64,000 nucleotides of DNA from Tubulanus polymorphus (taxonomy: Eukaryota > Animalia > Nemertea), in NCBI RefSeq assembly GCF_964204645.1, contig NC_134031.1:3844001-3908000 (forward strand). The letters are read 5' to 3'. Within the stretch, counting starts at the first letter, position 1. Every line of letters begins with the position of its first letter. Positions 23,301 through 37,959 of this stretch are shown here, one piece after another. Below the pieces are notes generated by a model. That model was not told where the DNA came from. It searched no databases and was given only the letters and a program-made list of their open reading frames with translations. Made by a program: the position numbers and the translations under genes.

Positions 23301-26300
23301 ATGGAGTTCACGAATAGTGTCGTAATATTAAGCATTTTTATAGTGAACAGTTTGTCGCGGATGATAGTCGAAGGTGAAACTAACACTACTGTAATAACTA
23401 TAGGATTGCTGATTTCGAATAGGACAATGACCGGAACATACGGATGGGCTAGGAGCGCTGCAGCTCTAACCATGGCTGAAGAACAACTCCGCAAAGACAA
23501 AATCATCGACGACAGTATTCAATTCAGGTAAATCTTTACAAAGCAATTTATGAACCGCTTTTCGTCTGATATGATTTTCATTTCCTATCGTTGAGAATCA
23601 ATCTAAAAGAAATAGACCTGGGATATATCACGATACGCGTTTGACATTTCATATTGAAGACGATGTTTTAAGGCTTTTTTCCATTAAACTCGGAATAATC
23701 TAGCATTATAAAAGTAATTTTCGTGGGAATTTTTACAAAGGTTTCGCCAACATTCTTCTGCTGTATGCAATTTATTGTAGTTTCGTTTTCTTCTCTGATG
23801 TTTCGTAAATAAATTCTTTTTCTCGTGAATTATTGGTGGCTTTGTTTTGTGTATCAAGGTATATATCAAAGTCTGCAGTAAGCGCCGCGACTTCCGTCGG
23901 CGGGGCTGTAGAGTTGGTGGCTGAAGGAGCTGATTTACTTATTGGACCTGCTTATTCAAAGAGTAAGTGCGACTCACCGTACATTGAGTGGTTAAAGTAA
24001 AATGTCTTTCGACATAAATGAAAAGACAGAGAACGCCTTAAAAAGTTGTCTAAAGGTGCCTTAAGTTAGGTCGGTTGATAGTCGACACCCGTCCAGCTGT
24101 GTACCAACACACCACTCGAACAAAATTGTGCTTATCAATCAACAACCAACATCGCGGAGGATTTTTTTTCAATCTCTTTCATTTGATTTGATTTCTCGTA
24201 GATATTCAACATGTTACCTCGAGATGAATTGATAGATTGCTTTGGTTTTTTGCCAACCTGTTTTTGTCCACCGCTTACCTGGCGAAAAATGCGCTCAGCC
24301 GGGTTAGATTTGCCTTTTTTTCATTAAACCCCTGTATCATCTCTAGGGTAGTGGTTCTGTAATTAATTCATAAATTTACTTATTGGACAGATACGAAACC
24401 GGCTTTGTATTACTCATCGAACTTAAACCATCCTCATTGGAGTTGGTCTTCGACACATTCGGACCTGACCGACAAGACGGTATTTATAACACTGGTCAGA
24501 ACACTCGGCTCCTATTCCCGATTCGGAGCAGCTCTCGAGGTACTTTTCAATGAAATGCATTGGAGGAAAATGGCTTATTTCATTTACGATAGAGGTAATT
24601 TCCAGTGGAAAGATGTAGTTTTTAATTCGGAGACAAACCTTGAAAGAGTGAAATGGGGATGAAAATTTCTACCTTTGTTTGCAATAAGATAGCCTTTGTC
24701 TTTATTGCTTAGGCCTTCTTTATGGTGGCTGATTCGGGCCATATCAGAAAACTTCTGTACGGGTAGGGCAACGATAAAAAAATTTCACATTGGCCCGTTG
24801 TTTGGTTTTTTCGCGCGAAGATTCAAAAATGTTTGTTTTCTCGCGCGAGATTGCTCTAGCTGTACAGAAATTCTTTTTTCTATGGCTCGAATCAACCACC
24901 ATACTTCTTTCTGGGATGCTAGAATATATTTTTCTAGGTTGGTGTGCGTTTGGTAAGTCATCGATGGACACATATCTGGTTCGTCATATCAATTTCACTA
25001 TAACTGACAGTATAAGTTATACTGATAACTCCTGGTTAACAGATACCTTCATAGACCAATCTTTAGATCGCCTAAAACGCCGCGCCAGAAGTAAGTGATA
25101 AAACCTTAGCGTAGCCTATAGAAAACATTTTCATGTTCCATCTTCGCAGAAAGCTTTGGCTTTGTTGTCAAACTTGTCACTTGGGCGATGTTAGACAAAA
25201 GACGATCGTTAGATATATTGTACACAAAAGCAGTAGAAGTCAATCTTCTCTCAAGAAAAGTGAACAACATATCAACATTTGCCCACTACTTGCGTGCGTT
25301 TCGTGTTACATTGCGAAAATAGGAGACTAGCCTGGCTTTTTAGGAAGGCCTGGGATTTTCTCTTTTCCTCTTAAATTTCACGGTCCATAATCCCGGCCAG
25401 GGTTTTGCAATTCATAACCTACTTTCTATTTTTGTGTGTGTTTCGCTTGCACTTCCAAATTCCGTTCAACCCTCCCATCTAGCTTTTCAGCATAAGTAAA
25501 ATACGCACAATAACTAGTTTACCGATCAATGCTCTTTCATGAAGTAATCGTGCTATGTGCCGGCACCGGATCATCAGTTGTGAAGTATGAACGACGAATC
25601 ATGCTAGCAGCTCGAAGGAAGGGGATGACAAGTGGGGATTTCGTCTTCCTCGTGCCCGGTTCAATCAACGCCGTTCGGACTCCAACCCCGTGGTATAAGG
25701 CAAACTCAACTGAAAACGAAGAGGCCTGGCAAGCTTACCAGGTTGTGATGGACGTAAGTTTATCATTACCATCTTTATCATATAAGGAATAGAAAATATA
25801 TGCATGCATCAACAAAATAAGGTAATAAGAATGAAACGTGGTTTCAAGTATAAGTAGCGGTTTATAAACCTTAAACTGTACGACCGATAAGAAAGTAATT
25901 TCCGGATTTTCAGATATCTTGGGCATCAGCTGAGCAGAAGACCGAACAAGAATTCAGACGTATTTTACCGTACAAAATGACAGAATTCCCGTGGTTCTTC
26001 AACCACTCGTTGGAACGGTACCTGCGTCAAGATCCAAATAGCGATGTAAGTATACGCGCATCCACCGCTATATTTGTTTAAAAAAATGAAACGATGGAAA
26101 TTACTGACTTTCGAAGCGTAGTCAACTGATCTCCAAGTGTAAATTCTACACTATACTGGGATGTAAATATCTGTATAAATAATTGAACATCATCTTTTAC
26201 TTTTTGGTTCGTGTTTGCTAATTACAGGGTGCCCCGTATTCCGTGTACCTTTACGATTTGATGTATCTTTATGGTTTAGTTTTGCGCAAAGCGTGGAATA

Positions 26301-29300
26301 CTAGCGTAGACATTCGCAATGGTTCCGCTTTGTTTGAACTGGCAAAGGGTGTAGAGTTCAGAGGTAAATGTTTATGGTTCATTTATGATAAGATTTGATA
26401 TGGTATGATTTATTTTCAAGTAAAATCTTTACAAAATTAATGAATAAGATGATTAACGTATCTAACTGATAAAAACAGCGGGTTACTTTAATTCATTTTT
26501 ACGATACCGTGATCTCTCAAACAAATAACCGAAATAACAGCTACATGATATGACCAAATAATTCCGAAGATTTTGTCGAGGTGAGATGGCTAAAGGGGTC
26601 GGACTATAACACGTTTAAGGAGTGGCAGAAAAGCCAACAATCCGGCTGAGAAATATCTTGTATAAGTTTCGTTGATGCAGATAAACTAATGGGAATTTAC
26701 AGTCAAATTAAACAGACAAATACGAAAGCATTTGCAAATTAAAGTTTTTTAACTTTTGAAAGGTCCCTGAAGTGGAACCCGCAAGTAGAAATATAACAGA
26801 AAGATCAGGATATTGCGAAATGATAATAATTCGAGTACTGATAATGTCGCAACGGTACTATCTTGTCCCATCTTGTCGACAAACAATGTCGTTAAAATAA
26901 AAAAGGAATTGTTGGTTGTCTTATTTTGTAGGAGCGAGTGGAGATGTTCGGATCAATGATAACGGTGATCGTGATCCGGATTATTGGATTTGGGATTATC
27001 GGGAAATTAACGGCGTGAAAGAACGAATTGTCGCTATTAAGATAAATGCAAAGGACGGAGTAAGTATTATGTTCGTCACTTTTATAAGCCGATTTTCCCT
27101 ATAGAACGATTCCTAGCAGTTGAACATCAAACAAACATGCAAAACATAAAATTTAAAAGATATCATCCTTGTATCATTTACTTAAGTTGGCTGATTCGGG
27201 CTATACTAAAAAAATTTCTGTACGACTAGAGGCACGATAAAATTTTTCACATTGGCCTACTTTTTGTTTTCTCGCGCGAGAATTCAAAACTTTTTGTTTT
27301 CTATTTTATTTCCACCATATTTACTGAATATGCCAGACGATAAAAATTGTAAGTGAACCTTGGTGGAGAACAGCTAGAAATGATCGCCCATCGGATACGC
27401 CGAAATGTGGCTTCAACAACGAATTATGCCCAGAAGATGTTCAAGGTATACACATTTAGTTACCCGCAGTTGGATCTGTTCAAAATTCTCAATGAAACTA
27501 TGATACCATCAGGTGGTATAAACCACCATTTATAAAATCTTATTTCATACTTCAAAAGAGAGAAATAATATGATAGTCGGAATACTGGTCGCTTTGATAG
27601 CGCTGATAGTGGCAGCAGGAGTGGTTGTCTACATTGTCAGGTAAGAATAGACATCTAATGAATCTCCGCCAATACTTTACTTCCGACAGTGGGAACTATA
27701 CGCTGTTTAAAAAACAGAGCTCTAAAATCAGCTTTGTGGAACCTGTGGAAATTTCATGGAAATGAACATGTCAACGTCTACTACTTGTCGGCATTATTGT
27801 ATTGGAGTGTAGAGTATAATGTGAAAGCTGAAACGTAGGGACCCCTCAAGACCAATTCCCACAGCTTATACAAACGCTTGAATTCTCGCAGTACCGCGTC
27901 AGAAATATCAAACTCTTTAAAGACATGACTTCACAATCTGTAATGTCCTTATTTGGCGTTTCATTTCTAATATACAACAGCGCGAGTATTTTGTAAATGG
28001 TGCTTTTCACGTCCAGTTTTAATGGTGTAGTCTAATAGTGATTTTTTAACTTCTAAATGAGCGATCAATGTGAATAAATGTATCCCACCACCTAATAGCT
28101 TCTCGCAGACCACAAAGGAATTGTGTCTTCACGCTGTCCCTATCAATCATCGTATTTTTGAAGTAATCAACGATTTGTCCATTGTGAATCACCTATTATT
28201 TTTCCCTAAAACACTGCTTAATTAGTGTTATATATCGCAAACGACAGATTCGTTTATATCAACGTTCTTTGTTTTTCTTACCATAAAAAATCAGGTGTAT
28301 AGCGCTTGTGCAGTTTCTGTATACATGATTCTTAGATCATATACAAGCTTATTTTCGTAACTCCGTTTTTCTATTGTGGTTCGTAACCTTCTCAAGGTGA
28401 CCTGGACACACGTCTACTAATTAGGCCTATACTAATTAGACAACTGTCCAACGACGTTCATCAGAACTAGAGTAAAAACTGTCGTTATTTTGCGTTGCTT
28501 CTGATGAAATTGTAAGTGTTTGAAGGCGGCTTACTAGGAATCGTAAGGATATAGATATCCATCGATTATTGGGCGCAGTTCGTCGGGTGTTTCGTTTATT
28601 GGCCAAATATATGGGATAATTGTTAACAAATACCTAATGCGGATTTATTTTCTGTTTCTAATAAGACGGCGAAAACTAAAGGACGAATTACAAAGAATGC
28701 TTTGGAAGATTGACTTCACTGAAATAAGATTATCGTTTCAAAGGCGCGGGCTCGGAAGTCAGGTAGATTATGATTCCATTCGTTAATTAATTTGATCATG
28801 CCTGTGACTTCCATTAGTGCTGAGATTACTATTCAAGCATATACCTTTTGTAACTTGTAGCTTACAAGCGCAGTAAGCTTGGCACGCGAATCAGTTCCTT
28901 CCCAGGGCCAGATTTCAACCGAAAAAATGAACTCGCAGCATCCGCATCAGATATTTACGCAAGTCGGGCAATATCGTGGTCAGTTAGTAGCCGTCAAACG
29001 AATCCACAGGACAGCGCCGATAACTCTTACAATAGCGGACCATCTCGAACTGAAGGCCGTATGTGTTCGAATCGAAGTCCCTTTTCGTTGTTCCAATAAA
29101 TAAGGTTTTCTGTAAGGATTCTGCGGATATATCTATCAATCTATCAAGCAATCTACATAAGCAATAGTTGTAGTTAATGAATGTTTATCTGTGTTGAATT
29201 ATAAAATGGCAGATGAATAAAAACAAACTTCCCAGTGAAAACACGAAAGATGTCCACGAATAATTACAAAAATTATTTGTCTTTAAGTCATACCTATACA

Positions 29301-32300
29301 CAACTGTCATTACTGTAATTTCATCTCACAGCAGGTAAGGTGTTATATGGGACGCCAAATAGAAAAAAATCAAACCAAATCTACCAATGAAATAAATAAC
29401 AGGGCCATTATTCTAAGGTCTCAATAGATCAATCACATTCCGAATTTTGATAAGTTTATTTGATCAAATTTGTTTCAGATGAGAGAATCGACGCACGAAA
29501 ATGTGAACCAGTTCATCGGCGCATGTCTGGATCCACCGAACTATTGTCTGCTATATTCATACAGCGCCAAGGGCAGTCTAGTGGTCAGTTACGGAATTCA
29601 TTCCACAAACCAGTTTTCGAATTCTTGGCAAGCCCGCACGGGGCTCGAACGAACGAATCTTTTCGAAATAATCTTTGTTAGAAAATACTGATACATTAGC
29701 CTAATAATCATAGAAATAGCATCTAAATGGCCTTATGTATCCGATCATTCAGGGGCGGAAATAGGGTCTGATTCAGGGAGAAGTGCAACCCCAAAATAGG
29801 CATTTCATATCATATATAATAAGGGCAGCCCAAAAAACTCATCAGAAAAAAAATCAACTAATTTTTGGAAATACTGAGCACCTCTTGCACCCTCCCCTTA
29901 AAACGACCCCGATAATTGTTTAGTGTTGCGAGTTTGGTAGGTATCTAAGACCTATACGATTGATAATACATTTCGCGTTTAGTTAGTTTGCCGGCCTAAA
30001 GACGCATTCTGTATTTCGTGTTTGCATCTTTGAAGTTTTATTTTGCTACCTTACATTACGCACAAGTCAAAGAGAGTTCATATCAAATAATCTGTTTGTC
30101 GTTCGTTCAAAAAGCTGATTATCTGGCCGTGTCGTAAGTGATCATTTCTTTCCATTTTACATGAAAGGATGTTCTGGAAAACGAAGACATCAAATTAGAT
30201 ATTACTTTCAAAACATCAATGATCCATGACATTATAAATGTGAGTACAGAAAAATAGAGTCTTCATTATATCAAGTCAGGAATTTTTTTTCGCATTGTGA
30301 ACATTGTGAATGACGTGAAAGGCAACTACAGTAATCACAGTAAAGATATCAGACTAACGAGATCTTTGAATGTAAAAAAAAAGAAAACAGCGGTAAGCTT
30401 TTGTTGTGCTTGCGTTGCTGAATCTGATACAACAACAGAGAAGTCGATGAAAGAATTCTAATTAACCAAAGTGTAACAACGAAAATGAGACCTTTTTAGA
30501 AAGGAATGTTATGCCTCAAAAGGCAAACCATACTTGATAGAACCATTCTTCGAATGCCGAAAAAAAATACAATTTTTGAAAAAATCCAAGATAATTGATA
30601 ATATTCACGATACGAATCACGATACTCGGGATACTCACGATATGGTGGATTGGCAAATCTTTACGTTCACTGCTGATGATTTTAGGTAGCCTTTGTTAAA
30701 ACATTTTTCCTCGTCAATCTGAATTTATGCTTTCTGGATAACGGATTTTGCCGCTATACGATCGACTGCTGCCAGCTTACAAAAGGTACACCAACTCGGA
30801 CACCTTTTTTCAGGGCCTGGGTTATATACACGGGAACTATCTGAGGCAACATGGACGTTTGAAAAGTTCGAATTGCGTCATCGACAATCGATGGGTGTTG
30901 AAGATAACGGATTTCGGGTTGAATCGACTGAAGCAGGATAATAAACGAAACGTATCAATAAGTGACCAGGAAACCGGAGAACACAAGATATATCGAGGTA
31001 CCGCGGTTCGAAAAATAACATGAACATGAAAATATAGTATATACTTAAGAAAAAAATGTATTCACCATATATATGAAAATGGTAATTTTCAGTTCCTACA
31101 ATATCAGATGTGTGCTAATACGATTTAGAATTTAACATTTTACTCTAACTAGCGAATTGGTTCTAGTCTGGTATTTCTTAATCAATTTAAATCTTAAATC
31201 ATACAATCGCAGTATTTTCGATTCCATGATATCTTCATGGGGCTAAAGAAGCTTCTTCAAAATATACATGTTTTATCATTTGTCAGATTTATGGTGGACA
31301 GCGCCGGAGTTACTGCGAGCCGCCACCGACGTATCACTAACTGGAACCCAAAAGGGAGACATTTACAGCATTGGAATTATCATATATGAAATCATGATTC
31401 GTTCATCGCCTTACAACACAGGAGAAATGGCACCAAAAGGTTTAGCATTAAAATCTTCTGTACTATGAAATTCTGCGGTTTCAACCCTGCCCGCCTGCTG
31501 AAAAACAGGTTTCCTCGTTACGTTAGAAGTATCCGCGTTACCACAATTATCATATTCAACTTCAGACATCATCGAAAGAGTGCAAGCTGGTGGAACGCCT
31601 TCATTTAGACCAACTATCGCTGCAACTGATAATTTGAATTCATGCTGGGTTGAATTGATAACGGAATGTTGGGCAGAGAATCCCGAACTGAGGCCCGATA
31701 CAAACTCCTTAAAGAGAAGTCTTAAAAGCATCAACAAGGGGAAGTACGTAGAAGAGCGAGTCTCAGAACGTCGTCTTTGTGTTTGTCAACTTCTAAAAAG
31801 TGGGCCTGTTATAATCCAAATGTGATCAGACTTGGAAGCCATGGTCAGAGCCTTCATTATAACCGAACAGATTTTGGAAAGAGACTGACTAAAATATTTC
31901 TCCGCACATCTTATATTTCTGTACGAGTAATTCGCCAATGAGTCCCACCCCCCCCCCCCCCCCCAATCTTGAATATACGTTTTCTGATTGCAAATAGTAG
32001 CCACCACCGGATTACGTGAACTACCCAAAACCCAGAAGGGAAAGTGACAGTTACATCCGTCGAGTTAGTCTCTAATCTCCCTGATCATCACTGCTAATCC
32101 TAAGAAATAGCCATTTATGAAATGTGATGTTATCTCCGTGTTTATGTGACTCTTTCTCCAGGGGAATTAACATAATGGATCACATGGTCTCGATGTTAGA
32201 AAAATACGCCAACAACCTGGAAGATATCGTTGAACAAAGGACCCTGGAGCTGATTGACGAAAAACGGAAAACTGATGCCCTGCTTTTTAGGATGTTACCC

Positions 32301-34013
32301 AAGTACGCTTGAGTTATCAAGCATTGTCTTATCAACGAAATGTTATGATTTATGTAGCGAGCATAGTTGTATAAGTATATTCTAATGGCGTGTATTAATC
32401 TTTTTCTCAGAAGCGTAGCAGAAAAACTGAAGCAAGGGCATACGCTGTACCCAGAATCGTTTGATTCGGTCACGATATATTTCTCCGATATTGTCGGTTT
32501 TACTCGCATATCAGCTACAAGTACCCCGATGCAAGTGATTGACCTGCTCAATGATTTATACACAATGTTTGATTCCAATATCGAACGATATGATGTTTAT
32601 AAGGTAAATGATTTCTCCAATAAGCAAGTGCTTCTTGGCAAGGGTTGCGCTTATCTAAATACGTTATCTAGGTGTTATACCCTTGTTTTTATCCAGGAAC
32701 TTGCTTCATAGCCATTCATGATTCGTCTCTATATGGCTTACATTATAACATTGAAAATTAAATGATTTTGAATGTAGGCTCAAATTTAACTTTTAAACAA
32801 TGTTGGGCACTAATTTTGTTTGATGATAAGTTTGAGATTGGTTCTGGAATTTGAAGGTTGAGACAATTGGCGATGCTTACATGGTAGTAAGTGGTTTGCC
32901 TCACCGTAATGGGAATAGACACGTTGCCGAGATTGCAGATATGGCATTGTCTCTTCTGAGTTCGGTTTTAACGTTCACCATGCGCCATATGCCTCAGGTC
33001 CAACTTCAAATACGAATCGGTCTTCATACTGGGTCTTGTTGCGCAGGTAAGGCATCGCAAAGCGGTTACTAACCACGGCATTTCAAATGAAACCATGTGA
33101 ATTACTAATGCGTTACTAATATTAAAAAAATAATCTAAAGTAAACGTATTGGAATATAGGCGTGGTAGGTTTAGCAATGCCGAGATATTGTTTATTTGGT
33201 GATACAGTGAACACAGCATCAAGAATGGAGTCAAACGGGCAAGGTAAACGTGAAACGATTTATCTAACACCTCAATTTGTAGCAGATCAATTTGGTATGT
33301 TCTTGCGAATTTTTGACCGGTCTCTGATTGGAGTAATCAGAATGATTACTCCAAGGGTCTGCAACAGCTTTATTAGTACAGTAAGACCTTGTAGTGTACG
33401 CCAAGGTTAGACTAAATGTTTAGACTGAATCTTATTATTTCATTAATTCACTCAGTATTTTTCATTAAAGGTCTACGAATTCATATCAGCAATGAGTGTT
33501 TTGAATGTCTACAAATATTTGAAGGCTACCAAACAGAATGTAGAGGGATCATTGATGTTAAGGTATTATTTAGAAACGTACCGTACCCGGTACCCGGTAT
33601 TCATTCTGCCACCTGATCATCTGGGCTTCTAAGTTGCATTCGCAAAAAGTTAGATACCAGTAGCCAGTTTACGGTGTTGAACCCCTTAGATATTTTTCCG
33701 ATTTCCTTTTCGGATTCACGTTTTCATTCAATATTTTTGTTAACCTAGGGCAAAGGTAAACAAAACACATTTTGGTTGAATGGTAAAGATGGATTTGACA
33801 AGCGATTGCCATCAGCTGCAGATCTGTAAGTTGAAATGGATCTTACATATTCCAAATTTATCACGATTGTGGTATGAATACTTCTATCATTTATCTAGAG
33901 AGCCGCAGCATACGTCAGACGGATTCCCCATGAGAGCTGAATACAGGCGTGAATTCACTGAGCCTGAAAAAGAAGACAACCTTGCACCACGTAGTCAGAT
34001 TTCCAAAAAGTAG
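23301..34013 (+). CDS. Receptor (membrane) guanylyl cyclase, natriuretic-peptide-receptor type, about 23 exons
   Basis: Signal peptide ([13 protein letters not shown]...). ANF-receptor ectodomain exons 23301-27446 ([34 protein letters not shown]). TM exon about 27559-27640. Kinase-homology domain ([25 protein letters not shown]), coiled coil ([10 protein letters not shown]...LLFRMLPK) and cyclase domain ([38 protein letters not shown]). Stop at 34013. Confidence 0.95.
24721..24903. mobile_element. MITE with 23-bp TIRs in a guanylyl cyclase intron
   Basis: TATGGTGGCTGATTCGGGCCATA / TATGGCTCGAATCAACCACCATA. Partial relatives at about 27186-27300 and 55810-55902. Confidence 0.7.
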
Positions 34014-34451
34014 CAGTCAGTTGAATGGTAAAATGAACGTAGATTTTTAAACTCACTTACGATGCTCAACTTGTTTAGAGTTTTTAAAATGTATCTAAGA
34101 CTTTCCCAGGCATAGACATTTTGTTCATGTTAATTCATATAGCTCAATATAGATCTGCTCTTAAAGTCTTAATTTCGATGTTATTGACTTGCATTTTATG
34201 TTAACATTAGATTGAGAACGTCTCTGCTGAGATCAATAAGAGAACACCAATAATATATAGAATTGTAAATCGACAAATAAATTCTATGTCATGATCAATC
34301 TTATCCGTTAGATCGATTTTAAATGGGATCGAATTTTGTTTGCCAATTCCGGCCAGCCTCAACTTTCCCAAAACAGGTGACTTGTGAAGCTGGTCACCAA
34401 CAGAAAAAAAATTGCAATAAGCTGCATCGATAAGAAAGACCCGTCCAGGTT

Positions 34452-34530
34452 GCCCGCGTCCCGGCGGCCGTGGAATTCCTCATGAATGAAATTGCCTCGA
34501 GAGGACTGAAAAACCTGGATCTGTGTATTC
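34452..34530 (+). pseudogene. Possible RhoGAP-domain fragment
   Basis: GC-rich island reading RVPAAVEFLMNEIASRGLKNLDL, similar to the RhoGAP start motif (P..V..C..EIE.RGL). Stop upstream. Confidence 0.35.
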
Positions 34531-37500
34531 AACCACCTCTGCTAATTAGTGTAGCCAATACCAGATATAAACAAATGCATGTGAAACGTAAATTGGTCGG
34601 TTTTCTCTGGTGCATATAGTCTTTTCATTTAGTAGTGCTTCGTTTTAGTAACACTTGTTGCTTAACTCAACGAATGACAAATTTCAAAATCATATTTATT
34701 CTCATACAACAATTATACAAAATGCCAGGATTGCTCGAGGAATTATAACGTAAGCTCCTCAAACACGTGGACTTTTAAAAAAAACAACTACTCCAACCAC
34801 CATAGGCGTATAAACTGTAAATGAGTGTTTATACGCCCCTTGGTCCAAACATACTCTCTAAAACAAAAAAGTCTATGGCCCAACCATGCACTCAATTGTC
34901 CATGGCCCCCGCACTAAAACCAGAGATAAACCTGGCCAAATACTATGGAAAGCGTAGGATTAATCACTCTGATTTACATTCTTTACATCATTTTATTTTC
35001 ACATATCAAATTATTAACTTTTAGCTTATTTTCTCAAATTTTGATAGCAATTTTATTTCTATTACTATGTATGAAATTGTACTAACTTTAAAATCACAAA
35101 AGTTACATGTAGGGTATTTATAAGTCTTTATATATGATACATTTCCACTACAGTTGATTCATACAAAATGCATCAATGGGAAAATAACAAAAATACACAA
35201 AGAGTTGTAAACTTTGATCCATAAAACACCGAAAAAAGGACTAGTCTGAAAGTCTAAGATTATGAATTTGACAATTCATGAGGTCAATATAACCGACACT
35301 TTGTTATATTTCATGAAATATGAATCTATCATCGTCAACTTTTCAAATGACATCTAGATTGAGGACATCTTAATTATCAAGAAAAAACATTAAACCTACA
35401 AATTCACTCACTCTGGAAAGCGTAAGGTCAACTAATTAATCTTAATTATTACAAGAAAACTAAAAACATTGCCAAATTTTCCTCTTTAAGAGATTTCTTC
35501 AAACATTATCAACTACTTTTTTCACAAATTTTACATTTGTAACAAAGCAGGGTCTGATTTAAGCACTAGTCGAATTGCCCGGGACAAGTATATTTTCATT
35601 AGGGCATGAAGGTTATCATAATCACTCATCCACCGGGCTTGTGTAATTCTATGTCTCAAAGCTTTTATACCACTCGATGCAAGGGATTATTGTGTCACAA
35701 TCAGACTATTCATGTAGAGCAAGTTGATTTTTGAGGGGGCAAGTGATATTACATATATGCTTGCCCCAAGGTCAAGTGGCATTTATTCCTCAGATCAAAC
35801 CCTGCAAACTATTATAAAGGTTTTTCTTCGTGATAATTTAAGATAAATCAAGTATTTTCAAATAAATATGGTTTGATTGACGAAGCTGCGGTAACTTCAA
35901 TTGTTTTATTCAACTTGATAGTAGATATAAATACAACTCTATATAAAGATCAGAAATTCTTCTTGTCCAGATATTACAGGCCCCACACAGACGCGGTTAA
36001 ACTGATAATCAAAACAAAGCTAGGACAATTATTCTATGCTCTCGCTATTTTCGACAGGGCCTTGATTAGATCAGTATTTTATGAACCACTGAAAAGCACC
36101 AAAGTGAAATTTTTGCTATAAGACTTAACAATGAAAAGTTTTAACATGTATTATATATACTCCTCTATCTACAACTGCAGGCATTTTTTCACTGTAATGT
36201 TCTGGGCCCATTTTAAGAAAGCGCTACTGATTCACTGTCACTCCTTAATAATCATTATACACCCCATTTGAAGCTAAGTGATTATTCACGAGAGCCATCT
36301 CGTGATATGGATTTACCCATTACAATAAAAGAAGTTCAAACAGTTATAAACAATGTTAAAACGTTAAAAATTAGTCCTAGCTATAACTTTATGCCTTGTT
36401 ATTCCTAGCTTTACCTCTCAAATGTAAATAATGGTCTCCTTTCAGATTAAGCTTTCTAAGTTTTCAAGTACGTAGATATGATCATCAAACAGATTGATGG
36501 AGGCTTAAATCGAAATCTACGATTCGTTTAAAATTTTTCAAATTGGTAACCTTCGAAAATATCAATGCCATCAAATTTGTACATCTACAATTCAGCAAAT
36601 AGTTAATATTTGTACATCAACACTGGTCTAATGTTATGTTCTATGTTTCCTAACTATGTGATATCTACACGGACAAATAGCCATAGTTGACTATGTTTAA
36701 CTATGGTAAGTTGGAAGATTAAACTCACAATTCATGTTGAAACTATATCTCAGTTTAGGAGTTAACTCAACGACCTACGAGTCAAAACTAGGCACTCAAC
36801 ACGACCATTTACCCTAGTGACTAACTTAACTTATCTATCAACCATGGATCGAAGACCAATATCGTGAATTAATGGAGCTTAGCTTTTATTAGACTCTCAC
36901 ATTGCATAAACATTATCAAATAGTTTCCTCGAAAACACTATATCATTCATCAGATTGGTTTGAAAAAAGTGATAAGCGAAAAAAACAATACTTTACTACA
37001 GAAGTCCGCTATTGTCTTCGCCACTCCTGGATTTCAGTGTTTATAACATGCACTATTATCTATGCTGCTGCTAATAAGATACACTATAGTCTTTGCTGCT
37101 TTTAAAACAGTGTTTATCCTGAATCAGTATTTATGAGATAATCCATTAGCTTTGTCCCTTGAATCAGTGTTTTTAAGATTCACTATTGTCTCTGCTGCTC
37201 CTGATATTTAATGTTTTATAGAAATCAACCGCCGATTGTAGAAGAATCCATCATTGAGTGATTAATCCGTTGCTGGTTCCTCAACTTTTCATCTGGGCTT
37301 CTGCAGTTTTCATCAGCAAATGGGTCGATCAGTATTCATCTACTTGTGAGTGTCTTCTTCAGGCCAATTTTTCCGAGATGTAGTTTGGCTGAAACAAAGT
37401 GAAGAAAGCAAAACATTTCAGACAGATTTATCATAATTTACGTGTCATTTCAAATTACCACCAATTTCAAAGCCACCCTGTTTTTCACAAAGTAAAATTC

Positions 37501-37959
37501 ATTGACATCAATTGCTGATTTAAACCCCAATAATTAATTGCAGTAGTAGGACTAGTTCATCACTGTTTAAGACTAGTGAAGATAAAAGTTCAGCCATGTG
37601 GACCGGTAAATAGATTTTTATGATAGCCACTTATGGAATGATATTCATATGAGGACTGAAATGTCTATATACAGGTAATTTCATGTATATCAATTTACCT
37701 TTAAAGATTGCTGGGTTCAGTTCTGGCTTTTTCTGTGCACCGTTCCAGTTTGTAGATTTTGGACGAGTAGTTGATCTCAAGCTGGGCTTTTTCTTATAGT
37801 TGAAATTCAGCTGCAATGATTGAAAGAAGATATCCTGTAATGACAAAATATTTCACTCAGAATTTATCATAATAATTTCCATAAAAAATCAACTTACATT
37901 TCAAGTTTGCTGGGTTCAGTATCGGTTAAAACAATTGGTTGATGCATTTGATTCAATTT

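Noticed and set aside
28403-28450. Hairpin TGGACA...CTAATTAG...CTAATTAG...TGTCCA as a pre-miRNA or hammerhead
   Set aside because: The stem is too short and bulged, and the nearby CTGATGA lacks a matching GAAA and helix II.
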